The notes: generated by a model not told the origin, from the letters alone. DNA of 57,337 nt, filler included, from Bipalium vagum (GCA_037834085.1; 3 parts of 3 records of this genome joined end to end with filler, not necessarily neighbours in it); one strand, 5' to 3'. Counted from the first letter of the whole stretch, positions 26,301 to 40,013 are shown. Translations and numbers: made by a program.

Positions 26301-29300
26301 AAGCAGTTTCTAATTGGTCTTCTTCACTTTCAGTGGTATTATATTCAAAATTCGAACTCGTTGTCTTCGAATAATTTTCGTAATTCAGTATCACTTATTT
26401 TTCAACCTTTGGGTCATTTTCCAGTTAATTATCAATCAAAAGAAAATTATTTCCACAAATTTTGAAATACGTTTCCTTGAGTCACAACCCATGGCTTTAG
26501 GTCGGTTTTTTAAAAATTGGAAATTTACGTAGGTAAATCAAAAAGAAAATTTGACGGTATATTTTTGGAAACGAGTACAAAAAATAAATTTTACTTAAAG
26601 TAAATATTTCAAAACTTTTAAGTTCTATAGGAATTGGAAAAAGATTTGTGACTCAAAGTCCCAACCTCGTGATGATAGAGTTGAAGAATATTATTCATTC
26701 AGAGTTGTTCTGATATGTATCGTAACCTTTTTCATAAAATAAAGATCGCAGTGTTATCTGGAAACTTTTTAGATTTCAGAAGCAAATATTTTGTTAATCG
26801 AAACAATTACCATTATTATCAATGACTATTAACAATATTCTGGTACCAAATCAAATTGCTTGAACAAAAATCCTCACATTTCACGTTCGACATTCTCCTT
26901 TACCTTAGATGATTTTTTATTGTAAAAAATTCCAATGACTCAAATGAATGAAAATCTGATGATGAAAAAATACCCGTTCCACAGTGAATATAGAGAACTG
27001 TTTTTATTAAGTTTCAATAATTTATCTCTGACACCTATTGAGGTATGAGGTTTATTGTTATAACGTTACCAAAATATACATATCCTGTTAACTAAAACTT
27101 GGTGTTTAAATTACGTATATTAACATATTAATATTGAGTTTTGAAACAAGCGATGTAGCTTGACTAAGTAAACTAGTACCATATTATTGTACATAATACA
27201 TTTCTCAGACCCAGAACATGTTCATACTAGTGACTAGTGAATAGAGCAGATCAGTCTTTCAAATGGTCAATTCAGTAAGGTTATGAAGAATCCGTAAACA
27301 GGGCTTTTAATGTATTCTGGGTTCTTGTTGTAATTTTCATTCATTGTGTGAGATACTTGGCATTTTTTGCAATCTTTCATGCTGTCGATAACCAGTTTTG
27401 TGCAGCCGTAATCATCAAAAAAATTTCATTGGCCCATGTCTGATTCCAAAAACATGGATCATCTTTCAAAGTCAAATTTATCTCTCTAAAACGAACAAAC
27501 CTAGTTTAACTTCACAAACATATGCTTTATTGTTCCATATACAGCACAGATATTTTTGTGGCCTCAGTAACATGTTTATAATATGGAACCTAATTTTCAT
27601 TAATTTGTGTGTATTAAAAAAACATAAAGTTTATATAATAATAAATATTAAATATATATAAAATAATAACTAAGATATATAAATTTAATAATAATATATA
27701 AATCAATTAATAATTTATTATTTTAGAGACTTCAAAAGGTTTTTCGGGGACTGGTGAAAATGATAAAAAAAAGAAATACACCAGACTGGTCCACAGCAAA
27801 AATGAATAATCTTTGTTTAATTCCTGTAACTTAATAAAAGTTTTGCAAGTTTTTGAAAAATTATTATTTTATTAATTATATTGATTTATACAATCTGTTA
27901 CACTGAATTTTCCAGTGAAAATAATTGATAAGAAAAACAAAAATAATTTAAAATTTAAGAAAATTATCAAGGTAACGAATATTTTCCTTATGGAAACAGA
28001 TTAACCAGGATATATATAGTATTAATATTTTGAAACTATTAACCAAACAGCGCACTCGATCTGACTTTAAAGATTTAATGGTTTGGTACGTATCGCAGAA
28101 CAATCACAAACTTGTAAGTATAAAATTTTATTCAATTTACAATAGCACAGCACTATAATCCAATATAATATTGTTTCCAAAAGCAACACACAAAGGAAAA
28201 CAATGTCTCTAATTGCATTTATCCTATTCACAATGACAGAAATCCAGAATACGACAATAGTCCCATGAGTACCTTGATTTGTCTAATTTATATTCTTCAT
28301 TTATCAAAATAATGACAAGAAAAATGGAACCCAAAATTAAATCAAATTGAAACATGTGACTGAAGTAAAACAGCCACTTAGATATACTTTTATTTAAGAT
28401 TGGTCTGGTCTAGTATGGTCTCCATCGACCTTTCACAATCGAAAATTAACTATTAAAACCATTTAATCTGTCTCTAGTTAACATCCAAGTAATTCATGAT
28501 TGCGAAAATAATATTCCATTCGAAAGAAAGTTAAAAGTGGACAAAAGAATATTTGTTAAACACAGAAAATGGTTGTATTTCTGGTTCAAATATATTCCAT
28601 TTGTATTTTTGAGGATTTCTAATATTTTTTAGGAATATACAGACACCTCATTTTGATGGAAGATTTTTCTTCTCAAAACAAGTTTCTGTTTAAGTTCAGG
28701 GATATAATGGTTTTGTAAGGGATTGCATTCATTGTTTCTTTCAAGAAGAAAGAGGTAGAACCAAATTTGCAATTGAAACCCATCCACACAGTTAAAGAAT
28801 GGAAATATCAAGGCTGAGTTTTCACAATATGTTGATTGGATATAGACTAGATTCGACAATTATGGTGATTAATATGGTCAACAGTAATATATTGGATTCA
28901 TTTGACCAGACGATGGTCAAACCTTAAAATTTCGTGTCAGAAGGGTGTACACAAATAACCTTTTCAGATTGGTTTTTTCGAAATTTGACAAACGAAAGTT
29001 AAGCCCGAAAAGCTTTCAAGAGCTGCCCCAGTGCTTTAACATTCTTCTTTGATTCAATAAAGGTTGAGGTAAGTCTTTACTTCCAGTTTTGAAGAATTTT
29101 CTCATTTTTTTGTTCACTGCTGATGCAATAAATGGATGTTTTACTAAATTGTGAAGTCTCTTATTTTCTCTTATACACTGTATCATTCTTTTCCAGAAAA
29201 AATGTATCATTAAAAAGCTTCTATTTTCATCTTAATAGCCATAATTTTAAATAAAAATTAGCACTTTCTTAAAATATTTTCCGAGCACTATGTCATCTAT

Positions 29301-30173
29301 ATTAATCCATAAAACAGCACTAATGAAAATTAAGCTACAAGAATAAGATTTATTATTATCAGTCCCACTGTTTTTACCACTCAATAGCGGTGTTCAATAA
29401 AATATTGATAATATAAAAGTTTTGAAAAATGAAATTTTTTCTATGGTTAAAAATCTAGTAACAATAATTTTCGTAAATATTTTTTCCAGTAATTGATTAA
29501 TGATAAAAACAGAAGTTAATCATTTTAACTTATAATATCACTATAAAAATGTCTTTAAGTGAAATAGAGAGATTTCAATGTGTTCAATAAAATAGTAGTA
29601 TTGTACTATTTTGGATAATTATATTAATTACAGGATTATGCATAAATATATTGAAAGATATTCAGAAATATATAATGGAAATGTACACTAAATAAATTAT
29701 TGTCTCGCCAAGGTTTTTCTATAAACCGCCTCATGTTGCGAAAATAATCTTTATAATAATATTAATAATATTTAAAGAAAATAACCGACTTCTGTTCTGA
29801 TTATTTAGATTATAAATAAAATTATTTTTATAAAAAATAGAAATGTATTCAACAGAGAATGAAAGAAAAGAGGTTATATAAAAATGTAATAAAACTTTGA
29901 GGAATATAATATTTAAGAAATTTACAGGTTAATAGAAAATGAATTCATCTTCTTTCAAACTTAATTAATATCTAAAATAACAAAGTTCATAGAATGATTT
30001 GGATATCCCTAATGAAGCTTCAAAAACTAAGAGAAAATATTAATAGGAAAAAATAGAAAATGAAAATAATAAACATAAATCCAAGGTTTATATCACTGAT
30101 AGAGAAATAATATTTCTATAAGAATAAATTTATAATTTTTTGGCCCAATTTAATAATACTCAATTTCTATTTC

Positions 30174-30175
<2 letters not shown>

Positions 30176-30250
<75 letters not shown>
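30176..30250. repeat. (ATT)n microsatellite
   Basis: About 24 perfect units; source of the poly-L and poly-I ORF-track hits. Confidence 0.97.
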
Positions 30251-30254
<4 letters not shown>

Positions 30255-30562
30255 TTTTAGATAAACAAATATTACATTTAATAAATCAAAAAGAAAAAAA
30301 TCATTACTATTTGGTAAAATATTTGACCTAGTTTTCAAGAACTTTAAACAAAAATTAAGTTTTTGTCTCAGCTAAAAAAGTTTCCTTTATATATTCATTT
30401 AGGTTTTTGTACGAATTTTTTATCACTTTTCGAGTTCTCTAGAAATACGATTTGATTTCGTTGGTATTGTGATTTTTTAATTTTTAACTTATTATTTTGA
30501 AGAAGTAAAACTGGTTTTTAAAAAAATTGAAAAGAATCCTGGTATGAAAACTAAAACCCATA

Positions 30563-31303
30563 TTAGGTTTTCAAAATCTCTGGATAAACATTTTCCAAAT
30601 ACCACTGAAATGATTGGCACTTTAGATTCTTTCTAAGCTTCTCCCTTTTACGAATGTCTCCATAATAATGATCCCGAGCCTCGGGGCGAATTTTAAAAAA
30701 TTTTTCTATGTAATTGTCCATCCAAACACGAGACATCCTTAACGTATTCAGCAACCAATGATCTCCACCTTCTGAATTCCCATATGGTTTCTTAGCTCTA
30801 AAGATGTGGCCAACCTGAAAGAAGTTGAAAGACAATAAAACTAAAACAGAATTGCACTCGTGAGCATGGTAAGATTTCGATAGTTCCTCCACATTGCCAA
30901 ACACGAAAAGACATTTCTAAATTTTCTGCTCCCCATGTTTTCATTTCTGGATCAAAGCCACCAAAACGACGATACATCGCTTTGGAAATGGCAAAGTATC
31001 CTCCACTGAAAGTTGGCGTACTACACATATAAAGAATAACGATATTTAATTAACAATTCGATATTACGTAATAGGCTCTATTGAATTTGCGTCAATATTT
31101 AAATTTTGCACCCAAGTGAAGTATAAGCCCCAATTAAAACCACCTTTAACAATTGGAGTTCTGGTGTACTCGAACGATTCCGGATCAATTAAATCAACAG
31201 TTGGAACGACAACTTTCTTCATTGGATCTTTAACTACCTCAGAAATTAAGGGCAGCAGCCAATTGACGTTCACTTCAGTATGGCTATCAAGATACACAAG
31301 AAT
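30563..31303 (-). CDS. GALNT11: Polypeptide GalNAc transferase, GALNT11/pgant35A-like, 5'-partial; exons 31303-31068, 31020-30858, 30814-30563
   Basis: YLDSHTEVNVNWL (DxH), PIVKGGFNWGLYF.W, TPTFSGGYFAI, WGAENLEMSFRVWQCGG, PCSR|VGHIFR..KPYG, CQSFQWYLENVYPE; 47- and 43-nt GT-AG introns. Confidence 0.9.
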
Positions 31304-31499
31304 CTAAAAATGAAGAGGACTAAAGTAAATCGGAAAATAATAAATATTGATTTTTTGATAAATTTTATGAAAAATTCTCATTTTTGTGCAAATTTTATTA
31401 AAATTGTATGATTAAATTAATAAATTGTTTTAATGATTGGAGAATTTTTATTTCGTGAAAATTGTGCTGTCTTAAATTTCAATTTTATTTTTCAATCCT

Positions 31500-32400
31500 T
31501 ACTTGGAAATAAAACACAGTGCCAATAAAAATTATTAATCAACTTTCAATTTAACTCCTCACCACCTAATAGTTGTTTCCTTATTCCTTCAAGAGCAAAG
31601 ATAATAAACTTTATTAATCCCATGACAACGTTCAGACAACAGCATATTTAAATAATATCACAGAATCCTATTTCCGTCTCACTTTCAATATGCTGCAGTA
31701 ACAATAGTCGGCATTACACTAAAAGATAAGACAACAATTATAATATAATAAATAAAGATAAGGATATATATATATATTAACAGTGGAAAGCTTCAACTTT
31801 AATCAAGGCTCTCGCTAATAATCCGATCAAACATATCTCAATCACTACTTGGGATCCGACAACAATCATAGAGGTAATTTTCAATCATGTCTTACTTAAG
31901 TCCATAATATTAATGATGTAATAACATCATTTGCTATTTGTTTAGCTATTTAAAACCACAGCTGTGCTAATTTCAACAATCCCTTCACAATCTCAATAAC
32001 TTCTTTAGTTTCGGTAACTTCACAATTTTTAACCTTAGTTATATTTCAGAAATATCTTCAGCTAAATAAGCAACCGTGTCTTTCAATACTATTTTCGGTG
32101 TCAGTAGATACTGTTATCACTGATATAAATTGTTTAGTTCACAATGACTCTTTAGTCACTGCTAATATAGGTCTTCCAACTTTTCCATCAAGATATCCCA
32201 ACCAGCCAAGTGATCCAATCAGAAATAATGTAAAAAATAATTTTATCGGAGTCCTGTCTTAATTAATTGTGGGAAATATTTCTGAACTTTTTGAAAATAA
32301 TTAACTGACCTTATTATTTTAAATATGTTGTCACTTTTGATGAATAATACATTTTAATTAGTTAATAATATTATTATTTATTAACGGTATTATCATAATT
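31500..32400 (-). mobile_element. Possible diverged LTR in reverse orientation (boundaries approximate)
   Basis: On the minus strand: TATA-like CCTATATTAG near 32170, GTGAGACGG at 31682-31674, AATAAA near 31613, and TGAGGAGTT...GAAAGTTGA near 31560 matching the 3' motif of LTR copy 3. Confidence 0.4.
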
Positions 32401-32602
32401 ATTCATTTCGCTGGCTCGAAAATCGGACTTAAATCTTCGTATTCATCGATAATCCTTTCGAAACTCTTGAAAATCAATAACAATAACTATTGTTGTTGTT
32501 AAAAAGTCAAAAGTAATGATCTTACCGTGTTAAATTTACATAAAAAATATCGTCAAATTGAGTGCTCTTTTGATACAAGATAATTACATAAAGTGAAATT
32601 TA

Positions 32603-32778
32603 TACAGTGAAAGCCCGTTAATTCGAACTCGGTTACTTCTCAGACTTTCTTAATTCGAAAACAGTTGTAAGTCCCAGGAGACATCTTATTATTTATTATT
32701 TATCGGTTAATTCAAAACTCGAATAATTCATTACAAATTTTTATGTCCCGCGCGTTTCGAATTACCGATGTCTCACTC
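32603..32778. mobile_element. Degenerate pogo/Tigger-type MITE
   Basis: TA-CAGTGAAAGCCCGTTAATTCGAA ... TTCGAATTACCGATGTCTCACT; repeated TTAATTCGAA motifs. Confidence 0.65.
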
Positions 32779-32859
32779 AAGAATATTTTAATTAATAAAA
32801 CTCAAACTTATTTTATGATTAAAATTTTTATGTTTTAATGACGAAAAAATATATTTAAA

Positions 32860-33420
32860 ATGCATTTACAAGTACCTTTGTGTGTCGAAGACCAAACTGC
32901 CTGTCGATAATATCAATGATATTCATAAAGAATCCAATCATATTCGCCAATTAAAAAGAATGATTTGTAATATACAGACATTGACTTCAAAGATTATAAC
33001 AAGAAATGGACGAACATCAGTTATTGATGATACATTACTAGAAGATGTGGTACCAGTCGATTTACGATGAACGACTGCAGAGAATGCGAATACACCCGAC
33101 TGCCGAGTCAAAACAATTAGGATCCACTTATATGCGATCTGGAAGTCATCTAAAGAAAGTGTTTGGATACCTCATGAATTGATCAATAAGAATAAAACAG
33201 AATTTCTATTTATCCATTATTGATTCTGAAGAACAGTGAGCCATTTCCTGAACAAGTTGTCACTAACAACGAAAAATGTATTCTGTTTCATTATCACAAC
33301 AGAAGAAACAAAGGATATCTTTGAAATATATCGATATCGAGAAAATGTTTGCGATCTTTTATAAAATAAGGAAACCCCGAAACCAACGGTTAACTTTAGC
33401 AAGAACACAAGGCTTGATTA
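32860..33420 (+). mobile_element. Degenerate mariner transposase fragment
   Basis: GRTSVIDD, TIRIHL, WIPHEL, VVTNNEKCILF. Confidence 0.75.
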
Positions 33421-34484
33421 TTTTCCAATATATCGTGAAACCAAACAGTAAATGTAGGCTTGATTCTTCAGGTAAATTTTGTTAAAATATTAAAAATTAA
33501 GTACCAGTTATGATCTAAGGTGACCAAATGGTAATCAATAATGTTCGTTCTAGCTGAAAAAGAATGCCCAGATTTAACATACCTCTCATAAAACGTATGA
33601 CAGCTTTCGGATTAAGTTCTTAATGAATATATTTCTTTCCATAAAAATATTTAACATATGTTATGCCAACGAGCCGTATATTTTTTAAAAAATCAATGAG
33701 TATTAGGGAAAATGTATTGTTGAATGTATTAAAAATATTTTTTATGAGAAATTATTCCTTCTCGTGCATTAAAGAATAATACCACACATTTATAAAAAAA
33801 ACTGATATGAAGCATCATAATCGATTTTTGTGCCTGGACAATGTAAATATTAATTAATTAAATAATTAATGAACTCCTAAGACTTAGTAACGAAACATAA
33901 AATTCGGAAACATTTAACAGATGAGAAGAGGTTTCTTCACTCTTTGGTTGGTCCTTGATTTTAACCAATGTATATACTTCATAAAGACTCGTCGAATCTT
34001 GTTATTTATTCATAAATAAAAAACCCTTTCCTTTATCTAACAATCTCTAAGATAGTTTTGTTTCTTTTTAAAAAATTGCCCATAAACGGTGTCTTGAAAA
34101 ACAGAAACTAATTTAAGATTATTATTAATTATATATTAAAACATCTTATAAATATTTTTATCCAGGATCATCCTCATCACTATGAGGATATTTCTATCAC
34201 TCTTATCATTCTATCATTCTTAACTTTGGTCGTCATTTTTCCTTTACAAAAAATATTTTCTCACAAAAATATGAAAAATGTAACTGATTTCAATCTCCAA
34301 GTGTATGCTTTATTTTTGTAATGGTAATTGTGTCCTTTTGAATGCCACGAGATTCTTATCTCAATTTCATATGCTCCTTTTCTTATAACTGTAATTCTCT
34401 TTTGATAATCATAAGGTGATTAGAATTTAATAATAGATTTTATTGATATTATTCTAACGCCTTAGGTTCCAGCATAAATTATGT

Positions 34485-35240
34485 TATCAGATGTACATAA
34501 CCGAAAGACTCGTATTATCCCCAGTATTACATTTTAATTAACGAGATTAAATCAAACTTCTGCCCAAATTTCTGGCAACTTATGAATATTTCGGGAAAAA
34601 GGTTTTTTTTCTTTTGACGAAATTTGTTCCTCCGGTTATTTTTGATGTCTTCATAATTATGGAAGCGCTTATCACGGAGTCCATTTGCCATTGATTTAAA
34701 CCAGAAGTAGTGAGATAGATTCATATCTGGGAAATCCAATCATTTTCAACAATTCCTTCACAGATTTATCCAAGGGAGATTGAGTATTGTCCTTTAACAA
34801 ATACCTTATCTATCAATCCATTCTGGAAGATTTTCTTCAGTAATATATTCAGTTTCGCAATTACTGTGGTTAACAATTACTGTCTACTGTTTCACATGAT
34901 TTTAATATTTTGTAGAAGATCAATCTCTTCTGGTCCCACCAGCTTTTTGATCATGGATATGAAACTTTGAAAAGGAATTGTTGATTGTCCCAGATAAACT
35001 CAAGGTCTGTTTTGTTTATAGTTATCAAAGAATGTCCATTTTTACTCTCCTGTAATTATCCGATGTAAAACAACTTTCTTCGCTCTCCCCTTAGTAAGAT
35101 TTTGTACATTACTTTTCGTTTCTCCATAATTTTCTCATTCAATTCAATTGGTATCTATTTTTCTTTGCCTTGAAACTTTCCCATTTTATGTAGATGATGG
35201 CAAATTGTATGTTGATAAAATTTAAACTGCTTGCCTAGTG
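34485..35240 (-). mobile_element. Degenerate Mos1-like mariner
   Basis: End TATCAGATGTACA resembles the Mos1 TIR; HLHKMGK, IPIELNEK, FLHRIITGE*KW, FKSMANGL..KRF.NYEDIKN. Confidence 0.82.
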
Positions 35241-35332
35241 GTTTTCTTTTGATTATATAACATTTATTTAATAAAAATAATTTTGAGTTTTTTCTTCAGG
35301 ATACAGTAGATCTGCATGGATCTTTGTCAGAT

Positions 35333-35432
35333 NNNNNNNNNNNNNNNNNNNNNNNNNNNNNNNNNNNNNNNNNNNNTTAATTAATTAANNNNNNNNNNNN
35401 NNNNNNNNNNNNNNNNNNNNNNNNNNNNNNNN
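35333..35432. other. Assembly gap spacer (N44-TTAATTAATTAA-N44)
   Basis: Identical to the spacer at 19248. Confidence 0.97.
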
Positions 35433-36951
35433 TATCGAGGACCTCTGAGCCTAAGAGCGAGAGGATTTTTATAATTAATAAATATAATTAATAAAATCAT
35501 TTTTAAAAGTAAAAAGGTAAATCGGTCAGAATTGTCTAATTCATTGTAATTTAATATCGATTTTAATAAAAGTATTAAACCATAAATCGTTTTCTCAGTA
35601 TATTTAATTAAAGACGAACACGAACAAAGCAACCTTCAACCGTTGAGACCTAAGGTACATTTACGCTCCAACCTTTAAAATCCTTTTTTATCCGTCAACC
35701 TAGGATCTTAACAATACTTTGAAAACTTTTTTCAAAAAAATTTTTCTGCCATCTTAAAAAAATTAAAAGTAAAAATGACGTTTTTAATTATTAAAAACTT
35801 AGGACCATCATTTTTAATTGACACAGGGGATCAATTAAAATGTGAAAATTTAAAATTATACAATCAAAAGTGTGAGATCAACTATAGAAGTAGTATTATA
35901 TATAATATATATACGAATATTTTATCTATCAACAAAAAATAATAACATCAAATTTCTTTATTAGTAAAAGCACATCTGATTTAATAAAGTGGATGATGGA
36001 AAACTCAATGCTTTTGTAGAAAACAAGCAGAAATAAGGATAATATTGGTTGGAGATGTTATTCAAAGGTCTGCCAAAAGTATGAGCGAAAGATTATGATG
36101 AAAACGTACATGCCAACAACGTGGAAAGTTAAAAGTTAAACTCATAAAATATATGCATGGCTGCAAGGATAATTATCGTTATTTTTTTATGTTGGAATTT
36201 ATGTGGCTCGACAGCGAGAGCGAAAATTGTTTGGAAAAAACGTAAGATTTACTAAAAAATTAAATAAATTTTTTCTATTATCGAATTATTTATTGTTATT
36301 CACATTTTTATTCATTTGTTAACAACAAATAATTAGTTGTTATTTTTTATTGTGATCGTCAATAAATTTTTTTGATAAATTAATAATAATAAATATAAAA
36401 TGATGTCATAAATGATCAATTAAAAATAATGGTCCAAAACTATTATTAGTCTTTTCGATAAAATAATCTAAATTTTTTCATTTTTCAATATCATTTAAAT
36501 TTTCATTTCCGTTTCTAATTTTTCAAAAAAGACTAACTTTTTTTATATCTTATAATATTGCTTTATTGTTTATTTCAAATAAATAGGGTAGATGGAAAAA
36601 ATTATTTGAGTGTAATATTTTTAAAAATTTTTAATGAGCGAAACGAATGATACGTGGTGAAAGAAAAACCCGAAAAGTTGTAAAATAAATCCAAGAGTCC
36701 TTAAAGAATCTCGAAACAGAAGTTCAATTATTCAATATTAGCTTTCACTAGGAGCAAAGGTCATCAACAGTTGACAAATATTCAACCAAATATAGCATGG
36801 GTAGGATATTATAAAACTTAACTAACAGTTAAACTGTTTAAAACTATATCATTATTAATTGATGAAATACTGGAGCAAAATACTGCCTATGACATATTAT
36901 TTCAATTATTTTCTTTGTATTGTAAACTATTTACTTTCTTAAGATTACCGT

Positions 36952-38343
36952 TTAACACTAGAAACCCGGGAAAAATGAACTACCTACAAACACGAAAGGC
37001 GTTAATTGACGTTTTACATTAATTTTTTTTCAAAACATCCTTTGCATTTTTTAATTGAACATTTTCCACAAATCGCTTTAATACACATCTGGCATCGATC
37101 TGTTGTTCTATTTCTGCATTTAGTTGTTGCACAAGTGCGTCTTTTTTTCGTTTCAGATGGATAGGAGTCATCATCATTATTGTCCTTTGGGTTTTTATCT
37201 AATGGAGAATGTCCTGTGAGATCTTCACAAACTTAATGGATAAACTGTCGATAAGAAATTTTACTTCTGCACACGCTTCTATAAGCTATCCAAGCATTTA
37301 TCAGGGAGAAGTCCAAAACATTATAAAAAAACACGCATTGGTCATATTCTACTACTAGCTCTTGTGGAATATGTCCTTGACATTTTGATCAATGACACCA
37401 ACTCCAAATTTGTTCTTATTATATTATAAAATAGTTTCGGGTTTTTCCTTAGGATTAGATGCCCTTTGAATAATGACATCAGGATGTACGGTGCTCAAAA
37501 GGGAAACAGATTTAGTTGTTTTGCACTGATATGAGGTTAAAGTTATATGATTCAATGTTTCCATTATTAATGTATCATGAAGAGGTCTTTTTTTCAGTTT
37601 TAGTTTTTTTCAGCAGTAAGAATCAATTGGTGATCTTGTTTCATCTTTGCCTAGATATGGAAAGCCATTGCATAGATATTTGCTTTCAACATCAACATCA
37701 AGCCAAAATTTTAATCCAAATTTATCAGGCTTGTTTGACATATATTGAATAAATTTACACCTAGCCTTACAAGGTAATAACTTCTTGTCAATTGTAATAT
37801 TCTCATGAAGAATATAAGCTTTTTGAGAGTTTTCTATAAATTAATTCCATAGGTTAGAAACTAAACAAAACTTATCTTTTTCCAAATTCTTTCTCATTTC
37901 ACTTTTGAGATAAAATCGTCGGTTTTTCATTATATATTGAAAATTTATAACGTGTCATAGTTTTGTTAAATAGTGGACATCATCAAGATTTATCCCATAT
38001 ATGTGCCATCGGTAAATTTGTAGTTTTTGTTAATATTGAAACAAAATAATAAACAAATCAATTAAACTTCGATATTATATAATTTTAAATAAATTTATTA
38101 TATATACAGGTTTATTTTAAAAATTATACAAGCGTCAATTGACGCCTTTCTTGTTTATAGATAGTGATGCATTTTTTATGAAAACTACGAAAGATATTTC
38201 ATAAAATTCTTCAAATATAGTTAAATCTTAATAAAATAAATAAACTCAAATTTTAAAAAAAATTTTATACATACGGTTTTAAAGATATTAGCGTTTTAGT
38301 ATGCAAATGCGTCAATTGACGCGCGCCGGGTTTCTAGCGTTAA
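36952..38343 (-). mobile_element. Internally deleted piggyBac element with intact ends
   Basis: TTAA-CACTAGAAACCCGG ... CCGGGTTTCTAGCG-TTAA; remnant PCKARCKFIQYMSNKPDKFGLKFW, KPETILYYNKNKFGV..IDQ, FYNVLDFSLINAWI. Confidence 0.92.
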
Positions 38344-39169
38344 TATCATTAATTAATGACAAAATAACTAGGTAATGATCAATTATCACATTTGTTGTAA
38401 TATTTAATTGTCTCTATTTACTGAATACAAAATTATTTGGATTTTTACTTGATTCTTATTGACAACTGGAAATGTCTGTTCAGATAATCTTAGACATTGT
38501 TCGTAATAATCATTTGGATCGTAGATTTTAAAGCTCACTAGTAATTAAGACTGCATCTATTTCATTTTGACTTTTAAAAGGTAATATTGAACAGATAACA
38601 GAACGAAAAAATGCTCTACACTGAATAAATAAAGATCATTGTGGTAATTCGTGTTTTCATTAAACTTCATATCATATAGATTTGAAATCGGTGATATTTT
38701 TGCAAGTTTCTTGAAATATACGAAATCGGTGGACTCATTTTGGTCGTCAGGCAAATAAAGTAGAAATATGTTAAATCTTGCGCCGATCTGGAATCAGAAA
38801 AACCCAATCGTGGTCCGAAAATTAGAATATTAAAATCAAAATATTATATGCGCTATTAATGTGTCTGTGTGGAACCGAATGGTAAAAAGATGAAGAAGAT
38901 TGGACATCAAATTGAAACGCTTTGCAATCGGTCAAATTTTGATATTTTTTTTATTATATATTAGAACTTGAAAAAGATTAAATAGGCAAAACTGCACAGT
39001 CTGAAAATTGCAGTCACCAAATTTCTTCATGATTATAGCAAAATATCAGGGAAATCATTTTCTGTAATACAAAAATACAAAAATTGATGTTAAATCGAAA
39101 TTTTAACCAATTAAAATAAATAATTTATAGTGGTTTAAATTTCATTTTTGTTAATAATGAAAAAAATAA

Positions 39170-40013
39170 TGTTAGATTCACCAGAGACAAAACCACTAAG
39201 GTTCTATAATAATACTAGAAGAATAATAATAAAATAAAATTTTAAAAAATAATAATTATTAATAATAATTTGAAACTTATTAAAATAACAATTTATCTCG
39301 TCGTCAACAAGATAATTAATTATTAATAATAGGTTTAATAAAAATAATATTTTTTTCGCCGTTGAGATAATATTTAATAATTTATAGTAATACAAATGTA
39401 GCAATTTTCGTCGTCGATATAATTGAAACATAAATTTAGAATTAGACTATTGGAAAAATTCCAAAAGTAGAGATTTGCGGTATTCGGTCAATTACTGCTA
39501 CTATATAAAGCAAAGATTTCGTTTAGAAATGTACCGGAAAAAACTAAAATTTTTCAAAGACCTATCATTATTTATTATTGCGCTGAAAGATTATTTTATT
39601 AAAGAATTTCCTTGTGGTTTTTTTGCGTTCGAAGATGTTTTTAGTTAACTTACTGTTTTTGAGAAAATATTTTACCTTTAGTTTTCAAGCAACATGATGC
39701 AACAGGATTTTTCAATGGGTCCTGTCGAACTAGGGAACCTCTTGGCGACCGAAAACAGCCTAGTGGACGACCCGTGGACTCGTTGATCGCTCCGGTGAGA
39801 CCGGTCATTTTTCTTTATTATTATCTTATTATTAATTTTCTTTTTTATACATTTCAAAACATTTAAAATTGATGTTATTTAATTCAATTTGTGTGATTTT
39901 GGATAGATTTTCTAAGTTATTTAGATTTAATGAGTGAGCACGTTATCAACAAACTGAGGAGTTCAGAAAGTTGAACTTAAAGTTACACATTTCGATTTAG
40001 GAAAATAGTAACA
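39170..40013 (+). mobile_element. Solo LTR, copy 3
   Basis: TGTT...GTAACA ends, near-TSD ATAA/ATAC, TATATAAA at 39502, hairpin block at 39705-39804, TGAGGAGTT near the 3' end. Confidence 0.75.

Noticed and set aside
30140-30338. Poly-Leu and poly-Ile ORFs
   Set aside because: Translations of the (ATT)n microsatellite.
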